Positions 1 through 7,492 of a DNA stretch of 13,859 nt are shown piece by piece; within the stretch, counting starts at the first letter, position 1; each line of letters begins with the position of its first letter. The stretch spans positions 1 through 13,859 of the forward strand of contig JBDRRF010000082.1 of NCBI GenBank assembly GCA_043825875.1, given 5' to 3'. The translations under genes and the position numbers were made by a program. The stretch comes from Pseudomonadota bacterium. Lineage in GTDB: Bacteria > Desulfobacterota > Desulfobacteria > Desulfobacterales > RPRI01. The notes under the pieces were generated by a model that worked only from the letters and a program-made list of their open reading frames with translations, made no database searches and was not told the origin of the DNA.

Positions 1-1
1 A

Positions 2-139
2 TTCAAGATCACTGTAGGAAATTGGTATGAAGCGCTGGGCTGGAACAGAGAAACCGGCTATCCTACCTTGGAACATCTGAAAGATATGGGAATTGAAGAT
101 CTGGCGCCTGAACTGGAAAAGATAGGCAAGTTAGGCTAA
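2..139 (+). CDS. 3' end (partial) of aldehyde:ferredoxin oxidoreductase (AOR/W-Mo family) protein
   Basis: Manual translation from position 2: FKITVGNWYEALGWNRETGYPTLEHLKDMGIEDLAPELEKIGKLG*, stop TAA 137-139. Matches the AOR C-terminal pattern Y..(R/L)GW...(T)G.PT.E.L..LG(L/I). Only 45 aa visible. Confidence 0.75.
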   Translation, partial: FKITVGNWYEALGWNRETGYPTLEHLKDMGIEDLAPELEKIGKLG

Positions 140-167
140 AAACAAGGGCAGTATTCAAGAGGCCAAG

Positions 168-204
168 GGTTCAATTTAAATATTACTTACATTTAAATTG
201 AACC
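168..204 (+). terminator. Perfect 14-bp stem-loop downstream of the AOR-like gene (possible terminator or RNA-stabilising hairpin)
   Basis: GGTTCAATTTAAAT (168-181) is the exact reverse complement of ATTTAAATTGAACC (191-204), with a 9-nt loop. The stem is AT-rich and has no long U-tract, so terminator function is uncertain. Confidence 0.45.
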
Positions 205-210
205 TTCAAA

Positions 211-260
211 ATAGAAAGGAGTTAAAAATGAGTGCAATGCGAGTCAAAGAACATCATCCA
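211..260 (+). repeat. Direct repeat copy A of RBS plus first 11 codons of the FAD oxidoreductase gene at 1609
   Basis: 211-260 vs 1592-1641: 47/50 identical by manual alignment. CAATTTAAATATTA is also shared at 172-185 and 1555-1568. Confidence 0.95.
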
Positions 261-296
261 CGCTCTTTTAATCTCCAGGCTTCCGCATATACGTAA
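228..296 (+). pseudogene. Truncated 5' duplicate of the FAD oxidoreductase gene (22-aa mini-ORF)
   Basis: AAGGAG RBS then ATG 228: MSAMRVKEHHPRSFNLQASAYT*, compared with MNVMRVKEHHPLYG... at 1609. Similarity ends abruptly after HHP. Confidence 0.7.
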
Positions 297-481
297 CGTG
301 GTTTCCCGAAAAAAATTATTTTCATTAATGTGCATAAGCATTTCATGTGTTTATTTGATAAAGCATATCTTATTTCACACTTTGCTGCATTAAGTGCGAA
401 TAGAAACATATAAAAGTGTTGTATACCATATTTATGACTGATGTAGTTGTTTAAACAATTGTATTTACAAATAATAATATT

Positions 482-498
482 TTGGCATGGTTTAAGCT
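482..498 (+). promoter_or_regulatory. Putative sigma54 (-24/-12) promoter
   Basis: TTGGCATGGTTTAAGCT has GG at 484-485 and GC at 496-497 with exact GG-N10-GC spacing. The -24 box fits TGGCAYG. The -12 box is AAGC instead of TTGC. It lies in an AT-rich intergenic region about 105 nt before ATG 605. Confidence 0.55.
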
Positions 499-604
499 TA
501 ACATATTAGATAAAATGATGAACGAGAACATGTTAAATTAGATAGTACTTTGGCGCAATCGGTATATAAATCTGAAAAACGCTATACAAGGAGACAAAAT
601 TAAG

Positions 605-1543
605 ATGAAACAATCAAGAAATTATCGCATTTTAGGATTGTTACTGGGCTTATCTTTTCTGTTTTTTTGTAGCGGAATCTTGCAGGCTGAAGAAATAGCT
701 GATTACGGGAACATATTTCCAATGCAAGTGGATCAATTAGCGTCCGATTCCATAATGATTTATCAGATTGTCTGGATGTCTGCAATACTAGCGGGCATAA
801 TCGCTTATGGAGTATATAGAACCATACGCCATAAAGACCCGATACTACTCTTTACGATGGGTTCCGGGATTATAGCTTTTTTTAATGAGGGAAACCTTGA
901 AGTGCTTGTTCATGTCACAATGCCGGTTAACTCTATAATGCCTGTATACCAGGCCTATGGAATAATCATGCCCTTTTGGATGCTCATTGGTTATACCGCT
1001 GTATTTCCGCTCTTGTCTTATATTGCCTACAGTTATTTAAAAAAGGGATTGGAAACCAAAGGCTTTATCATTTTATGGGTTTTGTTTTGCCTATTTGACT
1101 TTGTAGCCGAAGTCCCAGGTGTCGCCATGGGGGCGTATGTATACCAGCCGCCACAAATGCTGACATTTCTGGGTTTTCCGATATATAATATGTGGATAAA
1201 CGGAACTTCATGGCTTCTGGGTGGTGTTCTGATGTACTTTTTTGTACCGATTCTGACGGGCTGGAAACGACCTCTCATTTCACTTTTACCGTTCTTTGCG
1301 TTTGCCACAGGATGGGGTATAATAGATGTCCCGATCGTAATCGCACTGAATTTTGCCGGAATGCCCGCCTGGGGCAAGTGGGTGCTGTGGTTTGTTTCGC
1401 TAGGACTTAGCATCCTCATTGTAGTCACTCTGAATAGCATGGTCACGACAACTTCCAAGACAAGATGGAGATTGCCATGGGCTACATTGGATGCGGAGAT
1501 AGCAGCAGAGGCATCGGTGACTGCACCCGTCTTAGTCCGTTGA
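605..1543 (+). CDS. Hypothetical integral membrane protein with N-terminal signal peptide (weak resemblance to CruF/AveC-like membrane enzymes)
   Basis: 312-aa ORF, RBS AAGGAG 588-593. Basic N-terminus, hydrophobic core and LQA|EE cleavage-like site, then about 7 hydrophobic helices. Polar intramembrane motifs FFNEG, FDFVAEVPG and GAYVY...GFPIYN. Family resemblance is by eye only. Confidence 0.8.
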   Translation: MKQSRNYRILGLLLGLSFLFFCSGILQAEEIADYGNIFPMQVDQLASDSIMIYQIVWMSAILAGIIAYGVYRTIRHKDPILLFTMGSGIIAFFNEGNLEVLVHVTMPVNSIMPVYQAYGIIMPFWMLIGYTAVFPLLSYIAYSYLKKGLETKGFIILWVLFCLFDFVAEVPGVAMGAYVYQPPQMLTFLGFPIYNMWINGTSWLLGGVLMYFFVPILTGWKRPLISLLPFFAFATGWGIIDVPIVIALNFAGMPAWGKWVLWFVSLGLSILIVVTLNSMVTTTSKTRWRLPWATLDAEIAAEASVTAPVLVR

Positions 1544-1591
1544 GTCTTATGTTACAATTTAAATATTATGAAACGATTTAACCATTTATGC

Positions 1592-1641
1592 ATAGAAAGG
1601 AGTAAAAAATGAATGTAATGCGAGTCAAAGAACATCATCCA
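1592..1641 (+). repeat. Direct repeat copy B (RBS and start of the intact FAD oxidoreductase gene)
   Basis: 47/50 identical to 211-260. Confidence 0.95.
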
Positions 1642-3054
1642 TTGTATGGTGAATTGGCGATGATTGTTGGTTCCAAATTTACAACAGACAGCGACTTTGC
1701 TTTGTGGGCATATTCCCGCGACTCAAGTCCTGTTCCGGGAAAGGTTCCGGGGATAATCGTAAGGCCCGGCAGCACCGAGGAAGTATCGGAGATCATCAAA
1801 CTTGCAAATCTGACTCATACCCCGGTAATCCCACGTGGTGGGGGCGCTTCTATTTTTGGTTTTCCGGCAGGTATTCCCGGAAGAAGTATAGTAATGGATA
1901 CTACACGGCTGGACAAATTAATTGAGATCAATGAAGAAAACATGACGGTAACTGCTGAGGCAGGCATCGGTGTTTGCGAGCTGGGAACCAAGCTGACCGA
2001 AAAGGGATATTATGCAAATCTTGTCTGGGCGCCCTATTATGCGGATACGCTCGGTGGCCTGATTGGCGGCGTTATGGGTGGAGGATGGTCGACGCGAACG
2101 CAAGTAGTGGGACCCAATGCGAATCATATACTGGGCATGAAAGTAGTTACGCCCACCGGAGGCGTGATCCAAACCGGGGGAGGTCCGGGGACTAATGTGC
2201 ATCGTAAAACCACCTTCATGCGTGATGGGGGCGGACCCGATACAACCGGTTTATTCATCGGTGATGGAGGAACATTCGGCATTAAAACCGAAATAACGCT
2301 TTCAATTTACCCCCTCGAAACGGTTGCCAAACCAAGAGGCTTTCTCTTCAAGAGTTTTGATGACATCTGGAGCGCCATGTCCAGGTTGATGGCAATAGAG
2401 CCCTTTCCTTATACGAATCTTGTCGGACTTGCACCGAATGCCACGGCGCTGTTTATGAAAGATCCTTGTTGGGTATTATTATGCTATACCAGAGGATATG
2501 AGGAAGAGGAGGTAACAACCAAGATTAAGGTAGTAGATGAGGTTTGCTTGGCGGCAGGAGGTGAAATGGGTTCGGAAGCGATTCATATGCAGGCCAGTGC
2601 AGCCGGAACCGGAGAAATGTATCGTGAAATGGGCAAGCTTGCTTCGATAGGTATGTGGGTATTTCTTGAGACGCATGTTCCCAAAGAAGATCTTCCGAGA
2701 CTCTTTAACAAGTATGCTGAGCTGATTGATCAAAGATTCGAAGAAAAAGGCATAAAGGAATATGGCGGTGTCAGAATGGATGTTATGTTGCCTGTAGGGC
2801 ACGGCGAGTGCTATCTTTCGACAAATGTTTACTGGCAGGTTAATGTTCCGGAAGCAAGAAAGAAAGTTATGGAAATAGCTGACGAGTTCGTTAATGTCAC
2901 GATAAATGACGGGCTGTTTGCAACAACCGCCCAGCGTATACCCGCCGGAGTAACAGGCGCCAACTGGTCACCTTCTTATTATGAATTTATGCGCACCTTA
3001 AAGAAAGCAATGGACCCCAACAATATAATTAATCCCGGACATTGGGGTTTGTAG
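1609..3054 (+). CDS. FAD-binding oxidoreductase, GlcD/D-lactate dehydrogenase (VAO/PCMH-fold) family, copy 1
   Basis: Motifs YSRD, VRPGSTEEV, PVIPRGGGAS, TLGGLIGG, GLFIGDGGTFGIKTEITL and C-terminal LKKAMDPNNIINPG. RBS AAGGAG. Confidence 0.92.
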   Translation: MNVMRVKEHHPLYGELAMIVGSKFTTDSDFALWAYSRDSSPVPGKVPGIIVRPGSTEEVSEIIKLANLTHTPVIPRGGGASIFGFPAGIPGRSIVMDTTRLDKLIEINEENMTVTAEAGIGVCELGTKLTEKGYYANLVWAPYYADTLGGLIGGVMGGGWSTRTQVVGPNANHILGMKVVTPTGGVIQTGGGPGTNVHRKTTFMRDGGGPDTTGLFIGDGGTFGIKTEITLSIYPLETVAKPRGFLFKSFDDIWSAMSRLMAIEPFPYTNLVGLAPNATALFMKDPCWVLLCYTRGYEEEEVTTKIKVVDEVCLAAGGEMGSEAIHMQASAAGTGEMYREMGKLASIGMWVFLETHVPKEDLPRLFNKYAELIDQRFEEKGIKEYGGVRMDVMLPVGHGECYLSTNVYWQVNVPEARKKVMEIADEFVNVTINDGLFATTAQRIPAGVTGANWSPSYYEFMRTLKKAMDPNNIINPGHWGL

Positions 3055-3069
3055 AGAGGAGGAAAAGAT

Positions 3070-4248
3070 ATGCTAGAAAAATATCGATATAATGTTGCCA
3101 GATGTGCAAGGTGTGGTATCTGTCGGGCAAAATACAGCGAAAAAGTTCACTATGTTTGCCCCGTCAGGGAGCATACCGGAGGATTTGAACATTATTTCAG
3201 CAGGGGAAGAGTTGCTGTTGCCGCGGGAATTCTGGAAGGCGCCATTGACTATTCTCCCGAGCTTGTTGAAGTGCTTTATACCTGTCTTGGCTGTAAAAGT
3301 TGTGTGGAGCAATGCGGGTCAGTAGATATGAGAAACGGCAAATCTCTGGTTGATACGGCAAAAATAGTCCGGGAAATGAGAGAAGATGCGATTGCACTGG
3401 GGTTGGAACCTAAAATAATGCAGGAACTTCATGCTACCGTATCCAAGAACAAGAATACCTTTGGGGGAAGCCTGGAGGAGAAGAATAAACTGGCTAAAAA
3501 ATTTGAACTTCCTGATAAAGGAGATACTATCTTCTTTTCAGGGTGCTATGGCGTCTATCGTGATCGTAAAGAAGCAGAGGCTACAATAAAAATTCTCAAG
3601 GCTACAGGAGCTGCGCCCGCATATCTTGCTGATAAGGAGTGGTGCTGCGGAGTAATGGAGTATTGGGGCGGCAATACCAAAGTGGCAAGAGATATGGCAT
3701 TGCATAACATGGAAGCCTTGGATGCGGCAGGTGTTAAGACATTAGTAACCGCATGTTCAGGTTGTTTGGATACCATCAAGGATATATATCCTGAGATTAT
3801 AGAAGACAAGCTTCCCTTCAAGGTTATTCACATAAGTGAATATCTTGCGGATCTGGTTAAAAAAGGGGAGTTGAAATTTACCAAAGAAATAAATAAAACT
3901 GTGACCTACCATGACCCATGCCATTTGGGAAGGCATGCAAGAATATTTGATGCGCCCAGGAAAGTGATCGAAAGCATTCCAGGCATCACCCTTAAGGAAA
4001 TGGAAAGAAACAGAGAGGCTTCCGGTTGTTGTGGTAGTGGCATAGGAGCTGTTAGGGCATTGGAACCTGATTTGGCATTGGCTATTACTAATGACAGAAT
4101 TAAAGAGGCTGTAGCAACCGGCGCCGAAGTCCTTACATCGGCCTGTCCTATGTGTGTAGAACAACTTACGCTGGCAGGAAGAGCAGCGAAGGCTAAATTG
4201 GAATATATAAATCTTCCGGCGTTGGTAGCTGAGGCCATGGGGCTGTAA
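3070..4248 (+). CDS. HdrD/GlcF-like Fe-S protein (2x[4Fe-4S] plus two CCG domains), copy 1
   Basis: CARCGIC...CP and CLGCKSCVEQC ferredoxin motifs. CCG domains FSGC/WCCG/ACSGC and YHDPCHLGR/GCCG/ACPMC. RBS GGAGG. Confidence 0.92.
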   Translation: MLEKYRYNVARCARCGICRAKYSEKVHYVCPVREHTGGFEHYFSRGRVAVAAGILEGAIDYSPELVEVLYTCLGCKSCVEQCGSVDMRNGKSLVDTAKIVREMREDAIALGLEPKIMQELHATVSKNKNTFGGSLEEKNKLAKKFELPDKGDTIFFSGCYGVYRDRKEAEATIKILKATGAAPAYLADKEWCCGVMEYWGGNTKVARDMALHNMEALDAAGVKTLVTACSGCLDTIKDIYPEIIEDKLPFKVIHISEYLADLVKKGELKFTKEINKTVTYHDPCHLGRHARIFDAPRKVIESIPGITLKEMERNREASGCCGSGIGAVRALEPDLALAITNDRIKEAVATGAEVLTSACPMCVEQLTLAGRAAKAKLEYINLPALVAEAMGL

Positions 4249-4249
4249 C

Positions 4250-4391
4250 GAGACCTCTGAAAAACGCCCCCTTTTGCCCGATTTCTGCGTCAGGCTCAAA
4301 TTTCAATCCTCGAAATACTAAATGTATTCCTGCGGTTGAAATTTTTGCCTTCCTTGAACTTGAGCAAAATTGAGCATTTTTCAAAGGTCTC
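4250..4391. mobile_element. 142-nt rod-like palindromic element (MITE-like or structured repeat), copy 1
   Basis: Terminal inverted repeats GAGACCTCTGAAAAA / TTTTTCAAAGGTCTC (14/15), pairing continues inward, and there is an inner hairpin AAATTTCAA..AATAC..GTATT..TTGAAATTT. A second copy at 13719-13859 is 111/141 identical without gaps. Confidence 0.8.
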
Positions 4392-4408
4392 ATAATATAT
4401 TTAATATT

Positions 4409-4446
4409 CCCCTTCCTCTTGATGGGGGAGGGCTGGGGTGGGGGTG
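4409..4446. repeat. G-rich REP-like palindrome (CCCTTCCTC-TTGAT-GGGGGAGGG followed by CTGGGGTGGGGGTG)
   Basis: Imperfect hairpin followed by G-tracts, 13 nt upstream of ATG 4460. Single copy in the window. Resembles an extragenic repeat type I recall from deltaproteobacterial genomes. Confidence 0.55.
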
Positions 4447-4459
4447 AAAAAAAGGAAAA

Positions 4460-4900
4460 ATGGCAGAAATTAACGGATATGATATGCCCGATGATTTGCA
4501 CTATCATAAGGAACACATCTGGGCCAGGGTTGAATTCAAAAAAGTTAGAGTTGGAGTAACTGATTTTGCGCAGAAATCGGCTGGTGATATAGTTTATGTC
4601 GATTTGCCGTTTGAGGGAGATGAAGTAAAACAGGGTGAATCCTTCGGCAAGATGCAATCAGCCAAATGGATCGGAGAGCTATATGCGCCGATCAGCGGTG
4701 AAATTATTTCGGTCAATGAGATACTGGAAGGAAAACCGACATTGATAAACCAAAGCCCGTATGAGTCCGGATGGGTAATTGTTATCAGGCCAAGCAATCT
4801 TGAAGAAGAGCTTAAAACGCTGATGACGCATGAGACCGGTTTGGCGGATTGGTTAAATGGAGAAATAGAGAGAGTTAAAGCTCAAACGGAAGGGGCGTAA
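4460..4900 (+). CDS. gcvH: Glycine cleavage H-like lipoyl carrier protein (GcvH/LbpA-like)
   Basis: PDDLHYHKEHIW, RVGVTDFAQ..AGDIVYVDLP, lipoyl site MQSAKW (Lys69), LYAPISGEI..VN and INQSPYESGW. Confidence 0.93.
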   Translation: MAEINGYDMPDDLHYHKEHIWARVEFKKVRVGVTDFAQKSAGDIVYVDLPFEGDEVKQGESFGKMQSAKWIGELYAPISGEIISVNEILEGKPTLINQSPYESGWVIVIRPSNLEEELKTLMTHETGLADWLNGEIERVKAQTEGA

Positions 4901-4910
4901 GAAATACCTG

Positions 4911-6380
4911 ATGTCTGTATATGAAGATATAGCGGCAATTGTCGGTAAGGAAAAGATAAGCGAAAGCAATCTTGATCGTATTTGCTATAGTCATGATCTG
5001 GCCCCGCTGCCGGATGATTTGCTTAAGGGATTTGGTGTAGCTAAGCCTGATGTTGTTGTAAGGCCCGCCAATTTATCACACATTGCAGACATCATGAAAT
5101 ATGCTTCCCAAAAAAATATTCCGGTTACGCCAAGGGGTGGAGGTTCATGGGGACTTGGAGGAGTTCTGCCAATTGGCGGAGGCATTGTTTTAGATTTAAG
5201 CGGTATGAATCGTATTATAGAAGTAAACACTGAAGATGAGTATGTGACAGTTGAAACCGGGGTAGAGTGGAAACGTTTAACAAATACTATCAAAAAACAT
5301 GGATTTTATGTGGGTGCTTGTCCTACAAGCGCCCCTGTTGCAACAATCGGCGGTTATATAGCAACAGGAGGTTCTTCAGGAATAGGTGTTTCCCAGCACG
5401 GGCCACTTGGTGACCAAATAATATCTCTTAAAGCAGTACTTCCGGATGGAACAGTTATACAAACCAATCCTTGGGATTCATGGATTTTTGTTGGTTCGGA
5501 AGGGACTTTGGGAATAGTTTGTGAAGCAACTATTAAAATATTTAAAAAGAATAAAATGAAACATATGTTGTTTAGCTTTGACAGTTTTGATGCAGGATTG
5601 GAGGCTGTTATCAAGTTAAATGAAATAAGTCCTTATTATTATAACATCATGGATGAAGGCTTTGTCAGGTTGTTAAGAGAAAAAGGAAGCCTGTTACCTG
5701 AAAGTAAAATGATATTGGCAGTTACTTTAAATGAAATAAACGGTAAGTTGCAGGAAAAAGAAAAAGCAATAAACTCTATTTGCCGTGGCACAAGATTATC
5801 CGATGAAATGGCAGAAGAAGAATGGGAAAACAGATATAAAACAGCTCTTAGCATTAAAAGCCTGGGGCCGACGCTTTTGACTCAGGAGATCAGACTTCCT
5901 GTCAGGTTTCTGGGACAGGCGCTTAGTGAGTGGAAAACCGTTTTAAAGGGAAAAAGATTCGCTTTCAAAGGTGTCTGTAGTGATAATGGGGCCATAAGTG
6001 TTTTTCCGGTAGTACTGACAGATGAAAGAGAAAAATATGAGTTTATGAAGACCCTTTCTTATACCCGTGAAATAGCCGAAATAGGGAAAAAATATCATGG
6101 CTCTGTTTATGGTATAGGGCTTTTTAACTCAAACCAGATGGCAGATATTCATGGCAAATCGCTTGATGTAATGAAAGAGATAAAAAGGATTTTGGATCAA
6201 AAGAACATACTTAATCCGGGAAAAACAGTTGAAAGCAGAATTCCTGATATCTTTTTGTCTCTTGTTTTTACATTGATGAAACATGCGACTCCCCTTTTTG
6301 CTTTTCTTGCAAAAAGTGCAAATCGCCTTCCGGATAGTTTTATAAATAATTCTTTAAAGCTTCTAAAGGGTAGAAAGTGA
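4911..6380 (+). CDS. FAD-binding oxidoreductase, GlcD-like family, copy 2
   Basis: YSHD, PDVVVRP, PVTPRGGGSWGLGG, ATIGGYIATGG, FVGSEGTLGIVCEATIK and IKRILDQKNILNPGK, followed by an amphipathic/hydrophobic C-terminal tail. Confidence 0.92.
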   Translation: MSVYEDIAAIVGKEKISESNLDRICYSHDLAPLPDDLLKGFGVAKPDVVVRPANLSHIADIMKYASQKNIPVTPRGGGSWGLGGVLPIGGGIVLDLSGMNRIIEVNTEDEYVTVETGVEWKRLTNTIKKHGFYVGACPTSAPVATIGGYIATGGSSGIGVSQHGPLGDQIISLKAVLPDGTVIQTNPWDSWIFVGSEGTLGIVCEATIKIFKKNKMKHMLFSFDSFDAGLEAVIKLNEISPYYYNIMDEGFVRLLREKGSLLPESKMILAVTLNEINGKLQEKEKAINSICRGTRLSDEMAEEEWENRYKTALSIKSLGPTLLTQEIRLPVRFLGQALSEWKTVLKGKRFAFKGVCSDNGAISVFPVVLTDEREKYEFMKTLSYTREIAEIGKKYHGSVYGIGLFNSNQMADIHGKSLDVMKEIKRILDQKNILNPGKTVESRIPDIFLSLVFTLMKHATPLFAFLAKSANRLPDSFINNSLKLLKGRK

Positions 6381-7489
6381 AAGAAGATATAAAAGATTTA
6401 ATTTCCAAAAATGTTTATACCTGCGCCAGTTGCGGCTTCTGTCGTTTTGGCTGTCCCGTATCAAAGAATGTGGGTTTTGAAAGCCAAACGGTAAGGGGCA
6501 GGATGTATCTTCTGAAAAAATATATGGAAGGCGGACTGGAATATGACAAGGATCTTATTGAATCATTTTATACATGTGCTTTATGTGGAAACTGCAATGA
6601 GATTTGTCCCACAGGTGTTGATTATCTTGAAATTGTCTCACAATTAAGAAAACAGTTTGTGGAATCGGGGAAACTTCCCGAATCCCAAAAAATGTTAAGA
6701 GATAATCTGGTAAAATGTGGAAACCCTTTTGCTAAAGATAAAGAAGAAAGAGGGGCATGGCTTCCTCCCCAATATCGTGAGCACAAAAAAAGTAAAAATA
6801 TGTATTTTGTTGGTTGTTCATCTTCATATTCTTCCAATAGGATTGCCAAATCGATTATAAAGGTTTTGGAGAGTGCAGGGTTTGAATTTAATGTGATGGG
6901 AAATTCGGAAAGTTGCTGCGGCGATCCTTTATTTCGAATGGGTGAAGAAGAGAAGGCAAATGAGTTTATGCAGCAAAATATTGAAGTATTTGATAAGCTT
7001 GAAGTTGAAACTGTTTTTGCTTCATGTGCCGGATGTTATAAAACTTTAAAAAACAAATATCCTCAAAAATATAATGTTTTACATATAACCCAACTCCTCC
7101 ATCAGTTGGTTGAACAGGGCAAACTTGTATTCAAAAAAGAATTTCCAAACAAAATTATTTACTTTGACGGTTGCGATATCGGAAGACATTGCAAAACTTA
7201 TGAAGAACCCAGGGCTTTGTTAAAAGCAATTCCGGGAGTTGAATTGCTTGAGTTTGACTATAACAGAGATGAAGCCATGTGTTGCGGAGGTCCATTTGCT
7301 GCAAGTGACCCTGATCTGGCGGCAAAAATAGCCGAAGACAGAGTAAAAGAAGCAGAAGAACAGGGTGCGCAAATCATTGCCACAGCTTGCCCAACCTGTA
7401 TGGTTAATTTAAGAGAAGGGGCAAGAAGAATAGGTAGTGAAGTAGAAGTTCAGGATATCACATTGATGCTGCCAAAGTTAATTCGGTGA
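6377..7489 (+). CDS. HdrD/GlcF-like Fe-S protein (2x[4Fe-4S] plus two CCG domains), copy 2
   Basis: CASCGFCRFGCP and CALCGNCNEICP. CCG domains FVGC/SCCG/SCAGC and FDGC/MCCG/ACPTC. GTG start overlaps the upstream TGA (GTGA coupling). Confidence 0.92.
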   Translation: MKEDIKDLISKNVYTCASCGFCRFGCPVSKNVGFESQTVRGRMYLLKKYMEGGLEYDKDLIESFYTCALCGNCNEICPTGVDYLEIVSQLRKQFVESGKLPESQKMLRDNLVKCGNPFAKDKEERGAWLPPQYREHKKSKNMYFVGCSSSYSSNRIAKSIIKVLESAGFEFNVMGNSESCCGDPLFRMGEEEKANEFMQQNIEVFDKLEVETVFASCAGCYKTLKNKYPQKYNVLHITQLLHQLVEQGKLVFKKEFPNKIIYFDGCDIGRHCKTYEEPRALLKAIPGVELLEFDYNRDEAMCCGGPFAASDPDLAAKIAEDRVKEAEEQGAQIIATACPTCMVNLREGARRIGSEVEVQDITLMLPKLIR

Positions 7490-7492
7490 AAA

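Noticed and set aside
549..565. Second sigma54-like site (TTTGGCGCAATCGGTAT)
   Set aside because: There is no GC at the -12 position after GG-N10.
4250..4391. Integron attC site interpretation of the 142-nt hairpin
   Set aside because: It lacks RYYYAAC...GTTRRRY ends, there is no cassette-array organisation, and no integrase is present.
4193..4657. 154-aa minus-strand ORF (contains MRPLKNAQFCSSSRKAK...)
   Set aside because: It is antisense to gcvH and the CCG gene and reads through the 142-nt palindromic element, so it is a repeat-derived spurious ORF.
4460..4900. Glycine cleavage operon or sHdr sulfur-oxidation cluster
   Set aside because: No gcvP/gcvT/lpd and no sHdrA, TusA or DsrE in the window, and the carrier lacks LbpA cysteines. 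Such genes elsewhere in the genome cannot be excluded.
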